Source: Spirogloea muscicola (lineage: Eukaryota). From it: a DNA stretch of 64,000 nucleotides. Positions 54,838-64,000 of this stretch are shown one piece after another. Every line of letters starts with the position of its first letter. Position 1 is the stretch's first letter. The notes under the pieces were generated by a model. It was not told where the DNA came from and made no database searches. It was given only the letters and a program-made list of their open reading frames with translations. Made by a program: the position numbers and the translations under genes. The stretch is from NCBI GenBank assembly GCA_009602725.1, contig WELB01000001.1, positions 1,625,824 through 1,689,823 of the forward strand, in the 5' to 3' direction.

Positions 54838-57800
54838 TCAAGCCAATTTGCATTTCTGCCAGATGCAGAAATCCTGCCCTGATGCCGCGACCTCCCACTC
54901 AGGACCTGCATAGGCTTGCAGAAGATGAGCTACAGTCTGGCTTAATCAAAGGCAATGCATGTGCATCCTAGCTTTAAGGACGTTACTCAAGTTCGCATAC
55001 TTTTAACAGCAGAGGATCTCACAATAGGTGCTTTAAGTGTATCAGTATTCTTCTACCTGGTTCTGTTCCACGCATATCAAATGAAGGCCCAATCTTCACA
55101 ATGACACCCTGAAAGGCATCCTGCTTGTTGACATTGTCTCCAACTCTAGCAACATAAAGGTCTGGATGACACGTCAATATCTTCACTCCACTTCGTGCAT
55201 GAAGCTTGTTACGATGCCTGATCTGAACGAGTGGCACAATCTCGTCCTGCAAGCAAGCAGAAGGTCTGGGTTAGCAGACAAATAATGTAATGTTGTACAA
55301 TAAGACATGACAGAAAATACGAACGTTGCATGCCAATAAGCAGCTGCCTAACAAGTCATGCTATTTTCTGTCATGTTATGCCACAATGTGCCACAAGAGC
55401 CATGACTGACCTTCAACTTCCAGTCATACAAGTGATCCCAAAACACACAGGGGGTGCCTGGGTGCGTGAGAATGTATGCATACCTGCATTACAGATGATT
55501 TGTGGTCAGCGAAGCAGCACTGACATGAACAGTGACTTACTTCTACAGTATTTTCGAGATTCAATAAATTTAACGGATTTCATAGTTAAGCACAAAGAAT
55601 GACAAAACCTGGCACAATTGTTTCGAAGTCTACTTGGATGTGCTAATACAACAGCAGTGTAATTGCAGAGAGTGATGCTATTCAGTACAAGTCCTTGATC
55701 TTGTAATGCGACTCTTGCGCAAACAGCAGCACGACAGTGTGGGGCACCATTTGCTGCTAGTAGTGCATGCTACAGACTGGCAAGACATGCCTCCCACTGA
55801 CAGCCAAAGGATACCTCAAGAACCTCAACAAATTACCCTCTCATCACGCCCCATGCAGGGAAGGGCCAATGTTGTGGTACTGATCCAGTGGAGTGGTTGT
55901 CAACAAAGGTCACAGCCTGCAGTGGGCCAATGCATAAGTCCCAGCTGAGAGCAGCTGTATCTCAGACTGGGACCCTGCAGATGTTGAGCTCCTTCCAGGT
56001 CTGTCTGGTAGAAGACAGACCTTGCCAGGCCACCACCCTATAACACCAGGAGGTCGCCCTTTGGGATCAATCAACCTCCAGTACTCGCAGCGATCCACAG
56101 CTTGCTGCAGTATACCCTGGGGCAATACAGATACCTGTCTGATGTGAGCTCAACATAATCAAAACTCCAATGAGCCCGCTCAAGACCAGCCCTTTCATGC
56201 CTTTTTGACACAAGTGCGAGCAGACCTTGGTAGTGTAGTCAAAAACTGAAGCTGTGCCTCTTGTAGCCTTCACCCAATTGCAAAGTTCCTGCCTATGTTG
56301 ATCTGCAGGCCAACATTGCAAATCTACATCAGGGTCACATCATGTGACTGGAGCTGCTGCTGTAAAGACCTTTCAGATTTCATCTTCTCTCTTCAGTGTC
56401 CTCCCACACTTTTGGGTCGGTGACTGATATATCAATCAGTTAATGTGCTTAAGTTTTTGCAGGTGTGTCAGATCTGACCTTGGTCATACTCTAGTTGGGG
56501 ACCATTGTACCGCATGTTATTCCACACATCTCCCAAGGCGTACGCTGGAGAAGTTGCTTGACAATACCTACAGGGGTTGCCACAGATTCCAAAATTCACA
56601 CAATAACTCAATTTCAGATCCCTGCTTATGAGACGTAATCAGATTGTGCCATTTAGCTGTTAGACATGGCTGTCGGTGCTTGTCAGCTCTGAGAGCCACA
56701 AAGGAAGCCTGCTAAATGCTAACGTCTGTGCAATCTGCCTCCAATACCAGCGCAGGCAACGGGCTTGGTTGCAATCGGTCTCACATGTACACAGCAATTG
56801 GATCAAAGGCCTTGGCCAAATCAAAGCACCATGCCTGCCAGATTGTGACATTGAGGTTTGTCAGACAAGGGGATCAGCACTTGAGGCTTTCGCTTTTGTA
56901 GTGATAGATGCCATTGATGCACAAAATCATGGATGCAGCTATATTGCCAACAATGAGGTACTGCTTGCAAGCCCTTACATCAAAACCCACAGTCTTCCTC
57001 AGCCACGCGAGCCAGCCGCTAGCATCACTGTGAACGATGGGATCAGAATGATCTATCACAGTGTGCGTCCCAAAGGCCTCTCCTTGCTTATCCTCCAAGG
57101 TCTCAGGCGGCTTGCCACTACCTTGTAAGCAGGATTCCCAGTCGAAGTTCTGACCAGGCAAATGCAACGGAGAGTCCTCATAAGGCAGGTCAGTATGATT
57201 GCACCTTGTAGAGTCCGATGAGAAGAGACTCTCCAAAACGATCTGTGTATGTTGAGCTGGTGAAGCTTGGCTTACCTCGTCCCATGTGTGTGCAGCTTGT
57301 TTCCATATCAGGTGGTCATCTGGTAGTTGGTTGTTATGTCTGTTTATAACAAGTTCTACACATGCTCGGACCCGTTGTTTGTGTAACTTGGAAAGGAGGG
57401 ACCTCAGGTGCTCTTCTGATCCATAAGCAGTATTGAGATCATAATATTTGGTTGGTGCAAAACCTGCACATAGCTGTCCTTTGAGAATGACACGAAGTCA
57501 TGCAATGCATTCTGAGAAGGCAGTAGGCAAGCATGTCCGTTAGAGGCAAACAAGCAAGACGAGGACCCACCCTGAGTATCCGAGGAGACACAGCATGGGG
57601 GAAGGATGAAATCAGTGAAGCCACAAGCAGCCAGATCGTCCACTGCATCCTCCAGGACCTGAGGACGGGGCGAGCAGATCACATCACATCAGATCACCTG
57701 CTTTGAGCAGATGCAAGCCAAGGTGTAAAGCAGCATGGTCAAGAGAGCAATCCTGGCACTCACAGCGTAGAAGCTCTTCCCGTGATGGTTGTGTATGCTG

Positions 57801-58150
57801 GAAGCCCAAGAGAAAGTTTGCAGCAGGCAGACTGTCTCGGTCATCGTCTCGTCGTCCACTGGCAGATGTGGCTCGGTTGTCCTATGATCCGCAGCCTGCG
57901 CAGCGTCTATCGCAGTGCAGTAGCACAAAGAGGACTTCTGCTGCGGCCTTCCAAGCGGTATAGCTTTAGATGTCGTGGTGGTGGTACTTGTAGATGTGCT
58001 TGTCGCAGTGCGTTTGCCCTTACATGACCTCGCTGAACACTTGAGCCCGGTTTGGAGGGGCTGAGGCCATGATGCTAGCTGTGTCAGGAAGCTCTGAACT
58101 TGACGAGCGCCTGCAGCTGCAGCTGGTGCCATTGGTTTGATCGCAGACAT
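54838..58150 (-). CDS. Plant-type alpha-amylase-like protein (GH13) with substituted catalytic residues; Ser/Thr-rich N-terminus
   Basis: [95 protein letters not shown]. Stop at 54838-54840. Confidence 0.9.
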
Positions 58151-58394
58151 GCTCGCCGCTGCCGATCGTCGCTCATGGCCCGAGCAGGCGAGGCCTTGTC
58201 CAGCACAAGGCCGACGCCGGCCGGCGGCGGCAGCGGCGGCGCGGCGGCAGGCGGGGCGGGCGCGACGGAGTACAAGGATCACCGCTGCGACGTACCGCTG
58301 CCACTACACTGAGACCAGTGGGAAGGCCCCTCGGACTGTATTCATTTTCCCCCTTAGCCAGCTCAATACCCAGTTAATAGAACATTTGTAAGGC

Positions 58395-60140
58395 TAGTAT
58401 TGGCCTCCCTTTCAATTTCAGGCGCACCGCGCGCGCCTTCTCTTCTCCCTTCTACTTTTCGCCCTGTCTGCCTAGCCTTTGGCTCCGTCATGAACACCTG
58501 TATGCATCTGGCTGGCAGTTTACAGCCGATTTTTTAATATCAGCAGCCGCTTCTCTCTCCCTGGGCTGGCCAATCACAGCCATCGCCCTCTACTGGAAGA
58601 GTTCTATCTTCTCCCCGGCTGGCTCTCGGAAACATAGGAATAAGTTGGGCAAAGGGGGCAAGAGAAGAAGTGGCTCTCCCAATGGGGCAAAGGGCTGTGA
58701 CAAGCCAGCCCGAAAAGAACTGACAAAGGTTCGAAGGGGCCAAATGACGGTGGGGCCTAAAACCCCTGGTTCCCTTGGCCCCCTTATCGAACTTTGTTCG
58801 TACTTTTTTGAGCTGGCTTTTCCAGCCCCTATTCTCAATGGGCGAGCACTATCTCTGAAACGCTACGCAGCAACAAAGGGACCTGAAGATGCTATGTCAG
58901 AACGGGGGAGGATGGACCACTCAGTAGTTACGAGTGAGGAGCCTCGAGTCCGACAGACTAGCTGCTATATGGGCAAGGGCTGTGAACAGCCAGCCGGAAA
59001 AAATTGACGAGGACCGAAGGGGCCAAAAAGCGCCGCTTTCTCAAAGCTTTCCCGGTAGGATGATCACTTAGTAACCTCTAGTGAGGAGCCGCAGATCAGA
59101 AAGAGAAGGGCTCGCCCATTGTGGATAGGGGCTGGAAAAAGCCAGCCCAAAAAAGAATGAACGAAGAACGAGAAGGGCCCAGGGGAAGCACTAAGATAAA
59201 CAAGCACAACATGAAACTAAGCAGCTACGAAGCACTCAGTAACCCCTGCTAAGCAGCCTCCAGGTCAGAGATACTGGGTTCCTGGAAGCGGGTCCCCTGG
59301 CCAGAGCCAGAGGCAGCAGCAAGGGCTCTTTCGGCACGCAGGTGCAGCGCGCGGGCCATGGACCTCTGCAGCGAGACGGCCATGCGCATGTGATACACCT
59401 GCGCTAGCGACCAGGCTGCATGGAAGTCCACCGCCTCCCCATGGAAGCGGCGGACGATGACGTGACGTGAGAGCTGGTTGAGCAGCTCGAGCCACCGAGC
59501 GTCCATCGTCCCGTGCTTGTCAATGGCAGGCGGGTAGAACTCATCATCCCGCGGGTGCGTACTTGAGCTCCTTGGCCCGAGCGGCGCAGGCTACCGCATA
59601 CCCAGCCTTGGTGGCCCTCTGGGCTGGATGTGAGCGGTCATAGGGGTCAGAAAGAGGAGCAGCCAGAAAGCAATGGTGGCGGTGGGTGTGAAAGAGAGAG
59701 AGAGAGAAGGCGCGCGGGGCGCATGAATTGAAAGGGAGGCCAATTCAAGCCAATACATTGTTCAGGCAGAGTCGAGTGCAGACTAAACAATGCTACATAA
59801 TACGGAGACCTAATCTAAGGTACCTAAGTTGACATTAGTACCCACGGGTGAGCACAAACAAATCTGACAAGCTAACTTGGGGAGCTGGAGCGCCGCCACG
59901 AAAGCCGGAGGCCTGACTTAGAGCGCGCCCTGCACGTTGATGAAGAGCCAATGCTTGCGAGCGCAAATTGAGAGAAAGCGAACCTGGGACACCGTCGCCA
60001 CGAGAAAGCCAGCTACCGTCTAGCTGTGTGGTTTTGGCGCCTTTCGGCCCTTTGGACCTTGTTCGCTCTCCCGCATTCATGCGCACCGCGCGCCTTGTCT
60101 CCCTGGCCTGGGCTGGCTTTTCACAGGCCCCCCGCCCCAC
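58395..60140. mobile_element. Cluster of CRE-like (RLE) retrotransposon 3' fragments
   Basis: Minus-strand remnant 59249-59650 reads AARAKELKY..FYPPAIDKHG..MAVSLQRSMARAL..DLEAA*, followed by its 3' UTR. A second remnant at 59835-59980 reads RSQALALHQRAGRAL..DLFVLTRGY*. Confidence 0.78.
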
Positions 60141-60336
60141 ATGGCCTCCCCATTTCTTAATACACACGTTTTCCCTTGTGGGAGTGCTCACTGCTTTCTG
60201 TCTAGGTGAACTCCCGTCTGCGATCCATAGCGGCTGGCTGGACCGACCTCCACTGCAGTGGCGGCCGGGCCGCCTGCGCCGGCCGCGGCCTCCCCGTCGC
60301 CGCCGCCGCCGCCGCCGCCGCCGTCGCCGCGCCGCG

Positions 60337-63300
60337 ATGGAGGCGCGCGCTGCCTCTGGCGCCGAGGCCGGAGGCTCGCCACAGGACGAGCTCCAGGATG
60401 CCTACCTCTCCGAGCTCCTCTCCTACAGCCTCGAGCACCTGAGCAAGGTTTGCCTGCTGACATCGACGGGCCCCCGGCTATTGCAACTGGTCATGCTGCC
60501 GGTCCCCGCCTACTCTTCTCCTTGGCTCAACCAGACTTGTCGTCCACGAGAGATATTTCATTTTAGAGCGCGGTCTATCTGGCCGACTTACCAGCCCCTT
60601 GGCCTGATCGCGGCAACCTCCAAGGCACAATGTAGAGCCTGGGTTCGTGGATCCCGTCTCTTCCAGACCCAGCCCGCCTGGTTGGCTCAACTCAAGCGTC
60701 GAACGGCCTGGACATCGTCGAATACATGTGTAGCGTAACATGGCAAGCCCTTGCGAAGTACCAGAGTGATCCAGGCCAAGCAGTATTTGCACCCTTTGCT
60801 GGTGTCTGGAGGGTGTCTGTACAGCTATGTTGCTTATGAAACTGTATGTTAACCTGTTGGCTTTTCAACCTAGATATCCACTTCTGCATCTCTGAGCTGC
60901 AGAGCCTTTCCTTATTAGGTTCCTGCCACTGGCAGGATGTCAGAAACGGCTGTGCCAGCAGGGTCCTCGGTGTCGATCAGGACATTGTCATCGTGCATGA
61001 TAGCTACATTGCATTCTCAACCAGCCCCGTAGCCCTTCAAGAATTGAATCAGGTTCCAGAGATTGTGTTTGATACTCTTGATGTCCCCTGAATAGAGCTA
61101 GCTGTGTTGACCTACTCAGGAACCAGAGCTCCTGAGAACTGAGGCAGAGCGAATTCAACGACAGATGCAGGAAGTTGCAATAGGCCATTACCGGGCCTTC
61201 ATTGCTGCAGCTGAAGCTGTGCAGTCTATACGAAAAGAGATAGCTAAAGTGGACCTGCACTTAGAGTCGCTGGTGAGTACTCAGAACTGGAGCTTATTTT
61301 GGTGGTCAAGGCTGGCATGTGGCATGCTTTGGCCTGGCTGTGGACCTCTGCTTCTGGTTTCCAGACACAAGCATCATATTTGAAGTGCATTCTCTGATTG
61401 AGTCTGTTTACATGCCATTTCTTTGTTGTTGCTTGGTGAGCGGTCACCTCACGAGCATTTGTCCTTGACGTTCCAGTGGAGCTGCTGTTTCTCTGTCTTT
61501 GTCATACGATGCTAATAGGGATGTCAACTTCTGCAGATCCAGGAGGTGCCAAAGCTGACAAATGGTTGCAATCAATTTATGGAGGACGCTCAGAACATAG
61601 TAGAGAAACGGAGGCTCAACAGGACAACGCTGGCAACGCAGCCAACCTTGTTGGACCTTTTGGAAATACCACAGTTGATGGACACGTGAGCTTCTGCTGT
61701 CCGGCTTAGTTCTCTTATTTATGCACTCCACTCCTCAACTTCACAGTGAAGATCAGTAGAAGCATCATGGCATTAAGGCCTCTTCTTTGTGTGGCTGTGG
61801 AGTTCTCCATAGGCTGTACTTAGGTATACAGTATGCAGCAGTAGCTGGATCACCCGCAACATATGAGGTGTATGGCTCAGTTGTCGTGATGTGCTGAGAC
61901 TTACATACGCTGACAGGTGTGTCCGAAATGGGAACTATGATGAGGCTCTGGATTTGGAGGCATTTGTCTCGAAGCTGGCCACGATGCACGCAAAGTACGT
62001 ATATCCTATTCCGACTCCCCTATCTTGCATGATGATGTAAGACTGCAGATGACTATTGCCTCTGACGAGTTACTAGCGATTGACTTCAACGTCCCCAGGC
62101 TCCCCGTTATCCAAGCTTTGGCAGAAGAAGTTCGACAGATTACGCAGTCAATGTTGTCACAACTACTACAGAGATTGAGATCAAGCATCCAGGTAGCTTA
62201 GTATCCTTCAAAATGTGCGACTGCTACATTGCAAGTGGCACGATCTGCGGCAGTTGCTAGTCGTGCTCGCTTAGACAGATGAAATTAGATAAATGCTGAC
62301 ATCGTAGACAGCGGGGCCCACTCAAAACACGATAGATCAATTGGTTTGGCTGCCAGTTTGTCATGGAGCCTGCATGACAAAGCATTAGCTCACACTCTGT
62401 CGTACTTGTGCAGCTCCCAGAGTGTCTTCGAGTCATTGGCTATTTGAGAAGACTTGCTGTATTCACAGAGCATGAGATGAGATTGCAGGTACTTTGCATG
62501 ATGACCCATACCAGCTGATATTTAGGAGAATACTTTCTGTATGATAGGAGGAATATTATAAAGCAACGTGCTTCTCACATGACGGGCTTTATTCTTATCA
62601 ATAATGTTGACTACCTTTACTCGACTAGAGTGCTCCCAATGTGCCAGAAGAATGACTCTGAGTATACCTGCCATGCCTGCATATGTCTTCTTGTTGTGCA
62701 CAGTTCTTGAGGTGTCGAGAGGCTTGGTTGACAGACATTGTTGAGGAGCTTGACAAAAGCAGTCCATATGACTACTTGAAGAGAATGACAGATAGCCACA
62801 GGGTCCACCTCTTCGACGTGGTGATGCAGTACAGAGCAATCTTCTCAGATGACACCTCTGGGCTAGAGGAACGGGGCGATGGCGGCCTCATATATAGTTG
62901 GGCCATGCACAGAATCACTTCCTATCTCTCCGTCTTGAAAGCTGTCCTTCCGAAGATTACGGATGGGGGATCTTTGGCCAGCGTTTTGGAGCATTGCATG
63001 GTGAGGACATGACACGTTTGCCTAGACAACGTGGCCATCTGAAGCAGTTCTGAACATTATGGTTTACTACTTGACATGGTGCTAGTCGGCTATCTGACAT
63101 GATGAGCCTCCAATACACCTTCCGAGCACCATCGCGCTTCCACTTATGACATATTGCTCACACAATGAGCTCATTGTGAGGGTCTTGCATTTGCAGTATT
63201 GTGGAATGAGCCTTGGGAGAGTTGGCCTTGACTTCCGGGGCTTGCTTCCTCCACTCTTCGAAGCGTAAGTTGCCAGCCTGTGACTTGGTACCTGGCATTA

Positions 63301-64000
63301 GCTGTCATATGAGCAAATGCTCACAACAAATGTTCTCCGCACAGGCGCTTTATATTCCTCTGACAGGTATGACTTTGTGCACAGGTGTATGCGGGACTTG
63401 TTCGTGCGATGCCTTGGTGCTGCTCTGGAAAATTCTCAGGTGTGTGCCTACTCTGCAACAGACTCAGCTGCAGGCACTGGTTGCCAAAGTCCTGACTGAA
63501 TGACAATGTTGCAAGCCTCAATATTCAAGCCGCTGTCATCAGCCCTACATATGAGTGGACTGCATGTACTAGAAAGCAATGCGGTGAAGCATTGTGGGAT
63601 GTGTATATTGCAGCAAGTTCTAGATTCACATCGCTGGATACCCTTGCCAGCCATGGGGTCTGGGCTGCGCTCGTCTGCTGGCAATGACTCTTCTGACGAC
63701 GTTGCCCCACCCTACTCTTTGATGGAGCACCCTCCCTTAGCTGCATTTGTCAATGGTGAAATCAATAGCCCCTGCCCTTTCAAGCCTTCGTCATGTAATT
63801 ATGCCTGCTTGTCTTCATAATACCATCCTCCTACATGTAACCTAGAGCCACAGCGCCCTTGTAAGACCTGCACAGTTGACTTTACATTCGTACACTGATA
63901 GGAAGTAGCATCTGCACATTTCAATGAAATCGACAAAAATGAAGTTGCTTGTTAGCCTTGTCTTTTGACCGTCTGCAGGTGTGCTTGCTGCATTGAATGA
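60337..64000 (+). CDS. COG8: Conserved oligomeric Golgi complex subunit 8 (Dor1 family); runs off the window end
   Basis: [98 protein letters not shown]. Confidence 0.95.

Overview
This is gene-dense, GC-rich, intron-rich eukaryotic DNA. It is most likely from a streptophyte green alga (inferred from an AHK-type CHASE histidine kinase, a plant-type U2 snRNA with a USE promoter, and TTTAGGG repeats). It holds about 16 spliced protein genes: CHASE hybrid histidine kinase, dienelactone hydrolase, ZIP transporter, RPL8, IMP4, SNM1, MaoC dehydratase, NAP1-related protein, DUF2301 protein, hexokinase, LRAT/NC protein, a GATase-WD40-M20 fusion, GrpE, an alpha-amylase-like gene and a partial COG8. 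It also holds a U2 snRNA and clusters of decayed CRE-like (RLE) retrotransposon 3' ends. Three things stand out. (1) A candidate ~610-nt structured snRNA-like gene lies head-to-head with U2, with its own USE-like element and a 5' hairpin loop complementary to U2. (2) One gene fuses the two subunits of the fungal Dug3-Dug2 glutathione-degrading complex, and its M20 active site is degenerate. (3) An intact alpha-amylase-like gene has lost two of its three catalytic residues. Gene models were spliced by eye and some ends are uncertain. There are two assembly gaps (25411-25574, 31457-31732).
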